Source: Trichoplax sp. H2 (Eukaryota). Taken from it: 64,000 nt of DNA. Numbering within the stretch: position 1 is the first letter of the stretch; each line of letters starts with the position of its first letter. A model generated the notes under the pieces. The model was not told the origin of the DNA. It searched no databases and was given only the letters and a program-made list of their open reading frames with translations. Below, piece after piece: positions 13,763 to 37,225 of this stretch. The stretch covers positions 310,001-374,000 of the forward strand of contig NOWV01000020.1 in NCBI GenBank assembly GCA_003344405.1, read 5' to 3'. Made by a program: the position numbers and the translations under genes.

Positions 13763-16267
13763 CTTTGCTGTGGTTGAGCAAGTTTTATTGTTTCATCGTA
13801 ATGATTACATGGCAATGCAAATACTAGCTAGTGCACATATCATCAGTAGTATAATTCATGATTATTATTTTCGACCTATTTCTTGCAGTAACGTCAAGAG
13901 TCTTTGAACAGCTTAAAATCGTATATCAGCTTGCAAGTGTATATCGCAATATATCAGCTAAAAATAGCCTGTTATGATCTTCAATGACTTTTGGTCATTT
14001 ATGCCTTTACTTACCATATTCTCTTCTTATCGCCTTCATAGGTTAGTTTGATAAGAAGTGTTTGATTTGGAATTTTACACTCTATAGTGATAAAGTACGT
14101 ATTGACAAATTTATTCTTTCATCATTGAATTAAGACCTCAAGTTGTAAGTATAGTGGTAAGCTGATGGAGATATTACACGACGTACAGATTAAAGCTGTT
14201 ACACAGTTGTTAAGCTACCATTACTATCCTAACAATTCCTCTTACAAATTTGATAGTGAGATAAAAATAACTGTAAATTATAATTAGTATTGTACATTAA
14301 CTTGTACTGTACTGCCTAAGAAATGGGCATTCGATATGTTTCTGAATCATCGGTTTTACTTGTGCTGAAGTGCTTCATTCCGCTAGAATGTTGGAGTATT
14401 TTGTATCGAATATTCGTTTTCCTATCCCATAAAGCACATGAATAAAAATATTCCTTCGATTTATGTGAAAAACTCAATTTTTGGTAGTAATCATGTCATG
14501 AATAGCTGATTTAACTCTGCATTAAAGACATTTATTCCTAGACTAGTTAATGCAGTGCTACTTATAGCCACTGAAGTAATGTAGAATACTGTTATTACTT
14601 TATACTATAATCTCAATGATTGAGATTGGTACGTGAACATGTAAACGACAAGCGGTAAGATTAGTATCAATTTAATAGAACATATCGCGCTGTAAATTTT
14701 AATCGATTTTCCGACATGATGAACGCAAGCGGCAGTCCTAGGCTATAGCAGCCATGATATTTTCCAATAATACAAGTACAATTGCGAGTATGTCCAACAA
14801 GGTGCCAATTGTACGTCTATAAATTATATCATGGAATGAGTGAGAGGCTGCAGGTAAGATTGAAAGTTATCCCCGTACTTTACGCTACTGCTAGTTACTA
14901 TTCACAATCTGGATAGTAAAGCTCTGGCATGGACTACTGGATATCTAGTTGGCCATGGCACTTGTAAGCTGGAGTCGTTTCCTTTCGCTACATTACTGAT
15001 ATGTAACTCAGATAAGCTGTGATGATAGATTCCTTAAGCTAAAGTACTGGGTCTGCGAAAGAAATAAAGTCAAAATGCAGCATAGTAATGCTTAGCTCTA
15101 GTACAAGTACTACAGTGCTCCCTCTACAAGACCCACAGCACCTGAGTTTTAATTCTATTTATATACTTATCGACCGCTGTGTACAACTGGAAGCCACAAA
15201 TAGTTGGAGTCCTTGGATTTATATAAAGATATTTTTCTAAATCATTTTCACCTCTCACCATGAAAAGATGATTATAATTATTCATAGACACTAAGTGTCA
15301 TTACCAATATGTTTAGAAGGTGAAATACTGTAGTACTATAAAGTAAAGCGCTATAGCAGGCTATATCTACGTGCGCAAATAAAATCAATTAATCCAAGAT
15401 GAATTTGATAAAATTGGACCACTGTGAATGGGCCAACAGCAGTACAGTATACGTAAGATCAGCTTAAATTATTCATTTTAGTAGTGGAATCCTATACTAT
15501 TTCATTTTATTATATAATTTTGGATTACAGTATATAATTCGCTTGTCGTCTCTAAGTGGTTCCACACAATTCTGTAGAATTGAACGAACACCTGTATGCT
15601 ACGTCGTGATTTTACGTAAAGTGTTACAGTCGAGTAGTCACATTACCAATGCCTAACTCGGAATAAAGGACGAATATGATTATAGTAAATCTAATGAATA
15701 TCCATTGGCAGCAAATGAATCCCTCTTGTAGACGCTAGATCTGTCCCCTATGTAAATGATTTCAGTTAATTATGGTATAGTAATGGCATTACCAATTTAG
15801 GAAGCGCCAATGTTACTGGAGTAACATTGATTTTTACTACTATTTATTTAATACCCATTGGTTGCAAATGAACTCTGTTGTCAAGGTGAATTGAGTGCCA
15901 TTGGATAACTCGGAAAATCCACCAACAACATGACAATATCAAATCGCAGAGACTACTCAAGACAAAATTCTTAATTCTAATTATAAACTCCATTAGAACA
16001 GGATTGAACTTTCAAGTAATTGGGGGATTACAATTTAGAATTTTGTATTTAGTAGTGGCAGTCAAATCGACTTGTTCATTTTGGTCATTGAATCCTTCTT
16101 TGTTCTTCTAGGTTGTATATAACAAATACACTATATACTATATATGTGACACGTGTACACTGTACACTAGTTTGCCTTATTAAGCAAAGTCAAGGGCAAA
16201 GAAAGAGTCAATCAGTATGAAATCGATGCACTTCATCGACAGGGTTGTGTATTGTTGGCGTTCATTA

Positions 16268-16309
16268 GGGGGGNNNNNNNNNNNNNNNNNNNNGGGGGGG
16301 GGGGGGGGG
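16268..16309. other. Assembly gap (20 N) flanked by poly-G tracts
   Basis: N run at 16274-16293 with G runs on both sides. Confidence 0.95.
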
Positions 16310-16763
16310 ATTCATTATCAGTTATTTATCACCTACTCGAACAATGACTATTGTCCTGTGTGACGTAACAGCACCGTGCGTCAACACTGTATGTACGTCA
16401 GTACAAGCAGAGTTGACCGCAATCCTAAAAGGGTGTGCGTAGCGAGACGAGTACCGAAACTGTCGGGACGAGTACTGAAACTGTCGTGATGGCCTATACT
16501 GGAGCCTACATTGAGGCCATACCGAGTTAGCTTTGCTAGAAAAGAAATAGTACTGTACTGTACTGTACTGGGAGGAAACTAAGAGACCTGGGATGTGATC
16601 CATCTTTGTCAATTGAATTAGTAATCACAGCCATCAAGCTGAATGGGAAAAAAAGGCTAATTGAGTATTAATAATTAAGAAAAACTCTTTCCTACTTCAT
16701 TTTTGTACAGGCTATTCAAAGAAAAAAGTATACAAGAAGGCTAAGGAATCATTTTTCAAAGAC

Positions 16764-19700
16764 ATGTCCAGCCAGAAAGGGAGTTGTGATCAATATTTTG
16801 ACGCTTTTCAGCAAGCGTCTACATTAACCGATACATTAGATCATTTCCAACGATTATGCCAAGAGTTAAAATTACACAATGATCATCTTCGCCCATGTCG
16901 CCATTTCTACAATCAATTGAAGAAAAAATTAACCAGTTGGAAGTGTACTGCACTATGGAATAAGTATGATAAAAAAATGGCTGATCGAGCTATTACTGGA
17001 GCTAAAAATACTGCCAATACCCACGTCTTAATTGTTGGTGCTGGACCTGTTGGCTTAAGAGCTGCTATTGAATGTGCTATGCTAGGGTGTAAGGTGGTTG
17101 TTGTCGAGAAAAGAAATCATTTCAGTCGCAATAATGTCTTGCATTTTTGGCCCTTTATTATAAGTGATATGAAATCGTTGGGCGCTAAAACTTTCCATGG
17201 TCGTTTTTGCTCAGGATCCCTTGATCATTGTAGTAAGTACCATAGACATATTAATTAACTTAATGCCACCAATGCAATAACGACTCTCTCTCTCTCTCTC
17301 CACACGCTTTCCTTGATAACCTACATGCTAAAGGCGTTGCTTTGCTAATACGTTTGTACTAATACATGTACAAGTACGATCAATTGGGCAAAACTTTTTT
17401 ATCACTTGCAATATCATTTCCACTTAATAGATAGCAATCATGACCTGTTGTTAATAGGTTTAGTACAGTCTAATTTGCCCTTCGATATAAGCCAAAATGG
17501 CATTTTACCACACCTTGTACCTTCAACTCATTACTGTCAACTGAACAAGTCATTGCGGGATATCTCATAAATAGGTGGAATGCTAAAGGCATATTTCATC
17601 AATCGACTAGGGAGTACTCTTCATCACTTGCTATATCCTTTCCACTTGACAAATAGCAACAATCATCTCTATCAAACAAATTGATCACATACAAAATGAG
17701 TCAAAATATCATTCTACTACATGCTGAACCACTGGCACGATCTCCTTTACTGCTGTAGCGTCGATAGTAAAATTATAATTAAGACGTGTATACAGAATAC
17801 GATCGTATTTTCACAATTGGATGATTTGACAGAAGTAAAACTTCTGTATTATAGCATATCATTGATTGTATTTTAATTCGATTCTAGATACGACTGTCAC
17901 CGATATCGGTATAAAATAGTAAAATTGATCTACAACAAGAGTGAAATGTTACCATCATCATTACGGACTACTATGCTACATGTTTACGGTTAACTAATAT
18001 GCGTATACTGAATAGTGTCCATACGTAGTTTCACCATTAGCAGAATATCCATTATACTATACTGTATTCATTAATTAATTCGACTTTATCATCGGTTGTG
18101 GCGTCATTTGCATTTTATGAACAGGAATAGATTCATCTATTTTTATAATTTGGAATAGTATAATTTATTCGACGGTATGATTAAACGAGTTATTGAAGTA
18201 CCTTTTAAAATTATTCCTATGGAAATAAATAATTTACCAGTATACTACAGTAACATAAAACTTTATTTGTACCAGTAAAATATAAAGTAGTCTTTGTCCT
18301 GGATTTGAGTGTTACTATAAATTCAATTCAATAGTAGTTGTAACGACAACGTTTATTGTTCAAGTGTGTTGTTATACTTTAATCGACTAACACTATATTG
18401 GTATTACCTGGATCAACAATGAAGCAGTTGATTCACTTTGCTTAGTGCCGACAACAACACAACAGTAATAGATCAGATTGTCATCAATAACCCACGGACA
18501 AAATCCCTTCTTTCCATATTATTAATATTTTTCACTGTTTGTATCAATTGTGTGCGTATAATTATAATTTTAAAATTTATTCAATTTACCGTATCTATTA
18601 TAGATCAAAGATGTTTCAACATAACTGCAGCTTGAAGCACTGCCAGTATTTTTTCTTATTTATAATAATTCAGGTGTAATAGTTTTAGATCTGATTTAGA
18701 TATTGTAATGGGTCAGATTATCAACACTTACAAGTAAATTTAATTTATCTGTTTACTGTATCAAAGATGTTTCCTTCAACATAACAACAACTTGAAATAG
18801 AAGTAGCATATTTTCATTTACTGAAGTGTAATACTGCAGTTTACCTTATCAGGGCGATATGAATTTAAAGAAATTAATCAGGTTCCAAATACGATATAAC
18901 AATATTGACCAGAATAAGCAGATTGATAATATAATTATTCATTAACTATATACTATAATTGTTATTACTATTACACTTACTAGTACAGTAACTTTGTTTA
19001 TTGTTAGCTGCATACTGTAACACTGTACAACCCGGAACCTTCTTTTACAGAAAGTTAATTTCATTATATCCAAGTGAAACTTGTCATTCATATTGAATCA
19101 CTTTTGCTTTGCTATTGTGTAATATATTATGCATTTCCCTTTCAACTTACCACAAATAGCGATCAAATGATTGTAGAGCAAATGTTTTTATATGCCAAGT
19201 ACGTATAACTGCCGGAATTATTTCCTTAGAAAATATGGCATTGCTTAGATTTGTATCGATCTTATTTTTCTTCACTACTTTAGTTGTTAATCCCATCGAC
19301 AATTGATTGATCTACATAATACGCATAGAGTTACTACTACTGCAGACATTACTAGTCGCTGACCACAAATTGAAAATATATAGATTACACTCTGATGTTA
19401 ATAATTTCTCTTTTTATTAGCAGCGATGACTCATTTCTAACATAACTAATGTGCCGTTCCTTATAGGTATCCGTCAGGTACAGTTAATCCTTTTAAAAAT
19501 TGCTCTTCTACTGGGAGTCAACGTCTTCATTAATGTAACATTCAATGAAATGAGACAGCCAACCGATAAAAATTTAGGTAAGGCGACTGGGTAATAAATT
19601 AATGTCAGCCAATACCATGTAAACTAAATATAAAGCGTTTTATGATCGTCTTCTGTAATCTGTACTGAAAATCGCGATGGATTGTAGACAACCTTAATAA

Positions 19701-22700
19701 TTATATATATATAGTCATATTAGTAACTGTAATTCAGTGACGTATCTAACTTGGAACTTTATACCTTTAGTTTGGACAGCTGATATTACACCAGCTGATC
19801 ATATCATCAATAAATATCAAGTCCACGCTTTAATTAATGCCGAAGGTTGTAGAACAAGATTAGCAGGATTTCATCGTAAAGAATTTCGCGGTAAATTAGC
19901 AATTGCCATTACTGCCAACTTTATCAATTATCAAACAAAAGAAGAAAGCCGTGTGGAAGAAATAAGCGGTGTTGCTTACATTTTTAATCAAGGCTTTTTT
20001 AACGATTTAAGGAATAGTAAGGGTATCGACTTGGAGAATATCGTTTATTATCGAGACAATACTCATTACTTCGTGATGACTGCTAAAAAGAAAAGTTTAC
20101 TCTTAAAGGGAGTTTTAAAAGCTGTAAGTATCTTTTAAAATAAATTGTTTAATTGAAATCTGCCTAGGTAAATAATACAGATACTAATTTGATAAAAACG
20201 TCAGTAAACCTTATTTATTATATGCTGCGTACTTACGACGATCGTAATTTCTTAATAGCATTGTAGTGCATCATAACGTATAGCATGTACACGCTTGATC
20301 GTTAAACCAAAGAAATAGAAATATTGTACGCGTACACTCACTGCACAATAAAGAACTTAAAAGATATCTGTAAATCTTACCTGACATATTCACTTGTAAA
20401 TGTAGAGTACTGTAGCTGTACGATTATTGCTGGCGATATTCTATAATTGTTTGTAGCACCTATTAGTAATTTATACATAGGTATTCAACAAGTACTATAG
20501 TAATATGAAAATCAAAGCAATTAACAAACATGCCTATAGAATATTACAATTATCGAGAATTGATAATCTCTCTTTCTTCTAATTTGGACAATTTGATAGG
20601 ATTATTCTGACGTCAATAAATTGCTATCGACAGAAAATATCGATCAGATTGCATTGCAAAATTACGCTAAACAAGCTGCTGACTTCTCTACCCGATATCA
20701 ATTACCTAAGCTAGAATTTGCTCTAAATCATTACAAAAAACCAGATGTAGCGGTATTTGATTTCACTTCCATCTATGCCGCTGAACATTCCTGTAGAGTA
20801 ATAGAAAGGAAGGGCCAACCATTATTAATGCAATTAGCTGGCGATGGCCTGCTCGAAGTAAGCATTATAATCTTAATAAACCGATTCATGTGTAAGTAAT
20901 TAATTTATTAGCTTGTGAATGAAATAAGGCTTATGTTTTATCGCTTAGAAAAGCATGGAGTTCGACTTAACATTAGTATCATTGCTTGTTTAATGATTAT
21001 TGTAATGCTGTATTAAGAGATAATTTACATCTTTACAGCCTTTTTGGCCTACTGGATCCGGTTGTGCTAGAGGATTTTTAGGTGCTTATGATTCTGCGTG
21101 GATGATAAGAGGATGGAGTGCGTTAATATCACGCAAGAGAGCTGATTGTATAGAGCTGATTAGACAACGCGAAAGTGTGTATACTTTATTGGCCCAAACC
21201 ACACCCAATAATTTGCAAAAAAATATTACTAAGTATTCTCTCGATCCAAATACACGATATTGCAATTTGAATATAAAGGCAATTCCTGCTACCGTCGTTC
21301 AATTTCTATATGATGACGGCTCTGATTCTACAGATAATCCCAGCAAAAAGATGTCAAAGTCCCCATCCATGATCGGTTAGTGAAAAGAAGAAAAATAATT
21401 TTTACAAATGTTAAAATCTATTTAAACTATTACGATCAGTTGACTGAAATGAATAGGAATATCGTTGCCGCAACTATATTCATTTCCTCTAATTAAATTT
21501 TTCTATATCTTATTGTAGCCGGTATTACAACGCATGAATTATTGGGGTGGTGTAGCAACTGTACATCCGTTTATAAAAATATCAACATAGTTAATATGAC
21601 AACTTCTTGGAAGGACGGAATGGCGTTTTGCGCAATTATTCATCGCTTTAGACCAGATCTAATGTTGGTTTATTATTCACTATTAAATTTTAGTATTCAT
21701 TCATTGTTGGTATTAAGACGAGTCACACTAATATATAACTCGTGTAAAGTTAATATCTTATCTGATCTTTGTGTAGAGATTTTGATTCCCTTAGCCCTGA
21801 TAGCGTAGAGGAAAATCTTAATTTGGTTGGTAATTTTTTATTGCTTATACATAAATTTGCTACTTATGGTTAACAAAATTACTACTATATACATTTTCTG
21901 TAGGCAATTTCAGTTTCTGACGAACATCTAGCAATTGCTCCAACTTTCAATCCTAACGAATTAATTGAACTTGGAGGAGCTGACCCCCTTTCTATAATGT
22001 GTTTCGTAGCCAAGCTTTATGACGTTTTCAAGAACGAAAAACCTCAAGGTTCGATTTTCAACAATAAAACTTTATTATTTCTGTATGCTTTCAGAAGAAT
22101 TGCGGTATTAAAGCTGTAACAATAAGTCCTCAAAAATTTAATATTAACTCAACGATGTTGTGTCTCTATTTAATGACATGTAGAATTAGCAACAATGGAA
22201 GATGATGCAAAAGCTCCTGTTAATCGATCTCCTATGGGCAAACTAAGATTATTCCGTAAAATTTCGAGCATATTATCTAGGAATAAGGTAGTTTTAGATT
22301 AACATAACTTCTAGTAGTATGTTTTTCGCTTAATGGCTATAAATTGCAAGAATTTATTAATTTTAGTTGTCCTGATATACGCCAATACGGCAATATTCAC
22401 TTTAGAGCGATAGATTGCGTTTCTTCATAACTCTCTTGTCTTTATATATATATATATATTTAATAGAGTCAACTGGCATCGCAGAAGGATTCAAATCAAG
22501 AAGAGCCACAGAAATCAACTAAAAAGAAATCTCACTTTCAAAATCTTATCAAAAGCGTTATTGTAAAAAACAGTGTAGCAACAAAATTTCGACAGGTATT
22601 TAATGAAAATATTGCTTCATTACAATAGTATAAAATTCAGTAAATACCGGCATAATAATAGCTAGAATTACTCACAATATTTTCCTAATTGTAGCCAGTT

Positions 22701-23966
22701 AATACTAGAAAACTTTCACAAAGCCAAGTTTGCTATGTCTGTGGCAAGAATAGTTACTTATTGGAAAGAATATGTGTCGAGGACATGTTTCTTCACAATA
22801 CTTGTTTTAAATGTCATACATGTGAAGTTACACTGCGGATTGGCGATTACGAATTTGTACCATCAGATAATCCAACAGAAAAGGGAAAGTTTTATTGCAA
22901 GCTTCATGGACCATCATCATCAACATTTACTGGGGATTCAGTTGATACAATTGATAGCAATACCGTATCCAGGGCTGTAGAAGAAGATCAAGCCACAAGA
23001 GAGAGAATGAGAAGGAAAATGCAAAGGAAAAAAGCCACCATTATGCAGCCTGTGCTAGACTTGGTTATGGAAGATAGTGCAAGTGGTATATCGAGTAGCG
23101 AGGAAGAGATAGATTCAACTGATGATGTAGAAGAGGTAAAAGTCTGGTATTAATATGCAAGAGTTCATAGTTTAAGTTTTGTGTATCCAACATCATGCTT
23201 TCCTGTTGGATTACTTCTTTAACTTAATTTGGTAATGAACTATAATATTCAAATTGTATCATATTACCAAAGGAGAAAACACAGCAAACATCAGAAGCTG
23301 CTACACTTGAAAATAAAAGACGCAGACAATTGAAAAGAAAACTAACAATGCAGCAAATTAAAGATCGTCAATTTGCTGCAAATCAACTATTTCTAGCACA
23401 AGAAATTCAACGCAAAATGAGGGAAACAGAATATAGAATATCTGAGATAACAACTCAAGGCGCAATCCTCGAAAAACGTTTACGTACTGCTGCAGGTACT
23501 AGCTTTAGCTGTTATGCTTACGATGCTAAGTCGTCAATTGAATAGATATTTTATATTGACTTGACAAATAAATTTGAAAGATACTACTAGTGACGAAGAT
23601 TTAGCCGAGTGGTTCGATCTAATCAAAGAAAAAAACGCTTTGCAAAACTATGAAGTGGAGCTGTCATTAATGTTAGTAAGACTTATTGTCAATCGAAAAC
23701 CTGAGCATGATTACAATTTTTTTTTTTTTGTACATTATCTTCTTTTTGATAGGGCAAAAATGGTAGAGTTAGAGGATAAAATATCGGTCTTAAAATCAGA
23801 GCGTCCTAGGGATGAAGAAAAGCGACAACTGCTAAATGAGACGGAAGCGGAAAAAGAAGCACTAGAACAGACGTTGCAAAACGCAAGAGACAAGTACGCT
23901 AGCAATACTGTATTGTATAAAGGTTACAATAACGATAATTCACGATCATTGGATTTGAAATTTTAA
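16764..23966 (+). CDS. MICAL: MICAL family F-actin monooxygenase (FAD monooxygenase, CH, LIM, C-terminal coiled-coil/bMERB-like region), multi-exon
   Basis: [16 protein letters not shown]...[78 protein letters not shown] motif [26 protein letters not shown] motif CYVCGK...[10 protein letters not shown]...[14 protein letters not shown]...[11 protein letters not shown]. The extreme 3' end is less certain. Confidence 0.95.
17325..17670. repeat. Degenerate direct duplication in the first MICAL coding intron
   Basis: atgctaaaggc at about 17325 and 17580; atcacttgc.atatc.tttccactt.a.a.atagcaa at about 17401 and 17623. Confidence 0.6.
18590..18830. repeat. Degenerate direct duplication (about 155 bp spacing) in a MICAL intron
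   Basis: atcaaagatgttt..caacataac..ca.cttgaa at about 18604 and 18760. Confidence 0.6.
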
Positions 23967-24764
23967 AGCGTTTATTTAGTATATTTATACAAAGCCCGCT
24001 ATATGCAGTTTTTGCAATATCATTGCTGTCAGAAAATGATTAGCATATCACTTATATAAATTATACACTCACAGAGGAGTAGTTTTTCCGGGGCTTATTT
24101 TATAAACGCAAACAATACAATAATTTAGAATCTTGTTAATTAATTTTGAGATGTGCACATCCGATAAATTTCGAAACTTAATTACTACAACTCTACAAGT
24201 ACGCATGGTATTCGTATACCGTAATGGCTATCGATAAAGATAAACGTTAATTTTTCACACCAGAGATATTGCACTAATCTATTGACATATTTTTACATAT
24301 AGGGTATCTGATAATAAGGAAAGTTCAATTGAATATATGTTGCTATTTCAAGGTACTGTAGAGTGAATAAAAAATTCTGGTAGAATAATCTATATATAAT
24401 TTACATATCAATTTCATATTAGAACAATATGACCATACATAAAGATGATAATTTAAATGTATAGGATTCACACAATTTGGCCAGGATGCGATCCAATGGG
24501 TATAAAAGAAGTCCGCAAATGTATACCTGAACAATGATTCTAAAATTATGAAATACAATTGCATCATAATGTATCATTTTATCGCCTTTATTAAGATAAT
24601 GAATATGTATCGGGAATACAACAGTATTCTATTTTACTCTAAATCCGTATGACTTATTTTTCTTCATTACCAGTTACTAATAATTATAATATTACTTACT
24701 GCATATGGAAGACAGAAATTTTTTTTAATATCTCTTAACGATAGTATCTTTACTGTTATAAGGA

Positions 24765-35662
<10,898 letters not shown>

Positions 35663-36350
35663 CTTGGTTTTCGTATTTGAAGACGTACGTCCACGACTGT
35701 GGATTGCAGTAAAGTATGATGAAATTATTGCTTCTTCTTGATACAAGCGCTCGTATTTTACCTAAGCTAACCAGTCTGATGCAACCAAACAATTATTCTA
35801 TAGCAATAGCATACTTTGACGTCTTGTTTAGAGTTTTTTTCAATGAAATTCACAGAAAGAGAGAGAAGAAATTGGAGTCTATTTTAGTCGGCAATTTTCA
35901 AGTCTGAGCTCCCAGTTGGACCATTCATTTTTTCAGTCATCTGGTTATCGGCTACAAGCGTTCACTGCTATGGTTGAGTTTGACTGGTAATAATGATTCA
36001 GGTGAAAGGAAGGTTGACTATTTAAGCTATGTATTGAACTTACTCTCAACCAGCCGGTCATCATAGGGAAGTGACACAGGCGAGTGAGTTGATTGAGTCA
36101 TGGTTGACTACACAGTACACGATATACTGAGTCTAATACTGACTGAAGTCTATTATTGTACGTCGTACTTCGACGAATACTGTACGACTGTATGGGGGGC
36201 GTAGTTTAGTGAAGTGACGTTCGACGTTCCTACACTGATTCAGTGCTACACTCCAGGTACAGCAGTCACTCGTCAGTAAGTCACACTCTTGACTGACTAT
36301 TCAATGGCTTTATCATGTGTTATCTTGCGTGGAAGTCATTCACTCATCGT

Positions 36351-36891
36351 TGTGTGGAACATACTGACAACAGACAGTCATAACCGCTGTAAATCAATGT
36401 CCAATATCCAGTCCAGTAGTAGTTCCGAACTGTGTGGAACATACTGATAACAGACAGTCATAACCGCTGTAAATCAATGTCCAATATCCAGTCCAGTAGT
36501 AGTTCCGAACTGTGTGGAACATACTAACAACCGGCAGTCATAACTGCTGTAAATCCATGTCCAATATCCAGTCCAGTAGTAGTTCCGAACTGCGTGGAAC
36601 ATACTCACAACCGGCAGTCATAACCGCTGTAAATCAATGTAGTTCCGAACTGCGTGGAACATACTCACAACCGGCAGTCATAACCGCTGTAAATCAATGT
36701 CCCAATATCCAGTCCAGTAGTAGTTCCGAACTGTGTGGAACATACTCACAACCGGCAGTCAGAACCGCTGTAAATCAATGTCCAATGTCCAGTCCAGTAG
36801 TAGTTCCGAACTGTGTGGAACATACTCACAACCGGCAGTCAGAACCGCTGTAAATCAATGTCCAATGTCCAGTCCAGTAGTAGTTCCGAGC
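36351..36891. repeat. 80-bp minisatellite, about 7 copies, in the GCN2/TMCO4 divergent promoter
   Basis: Units start tg(t/c)gtggaacatact at 36351, 36431, 36511, 36591, 36651, 36732 and 36812. The fourth unit is 60 bp because of an internal deletion. Confidence 0.97.
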
Positions 36892-37049
36892 TGAACACTG
36901 AAATGGACAGTGAGTGAACTATCGACAGGTGTAACGTCTAGTGTCCACGTCACCGAAAAGAATGGAAAGAGCACGTTAATTACAGTACCGGATGAGAGAG
37001 TCTTTATAAAGGAACTATACTGTAGGACCGTATCGTTTAGTATCAAGGC

Positions 37050-37160
37050 TACAGTGTACAGTGTACAGTGTACAGTACTCAAAGCGATACGATCCTGTAT
37101 TGTACACTGTACACTGTACAGTACTGTACTGTACTGTACGGTACTGACAGTGTACAGTAC
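37050..37160. promoter_or_regulatory. Palindromic (ACAGTGT)n/(ACACTGT)n inverted repeat just upstream of the TMCO4 ATG; regulatory role inferred
   Basis: tacagtgtacagtgtacagtac can pair with gtattgtacactgtacactgta across a short spacer, 65-175 bp upstream of ATG 37226. Confidence 0.45.
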
Positions 37161-37225
37161 GTCATCCAACTTTCAACCAGGGCCTTTCTTTCAAAATAAT
37201 TTGAAGACCTAAATCACTAGACAAT

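Noticed and set aside
13347..13907. Overlapping and antisense ORFs rich in IS/IE/DH dipeptides
   Set aside because: These are alternative-frame readings of the SNRNP70 RD-repeat exon.
35885..35941. Possible uORF upstream of GCN2 (MTEKMNGPTGSSDLKIAD*, minus strand)
   Set aside because: The TSS is unknown and short ORFs like this arise by chance.
36351..36891. CRISPR-like array, and ORF 36512-36853
   Set aside because: Whole units repeat with no unique spacers, there are no cas genes, and the context is eukaryotic. The ORF is just the translated minisatellite.
36855..37212. ORFs of about 100 aa on both strands rich in TV/YS/CT
   Set aside because: They arise from the low-complexity ACAGTGT palindrome and show no protein-like features.
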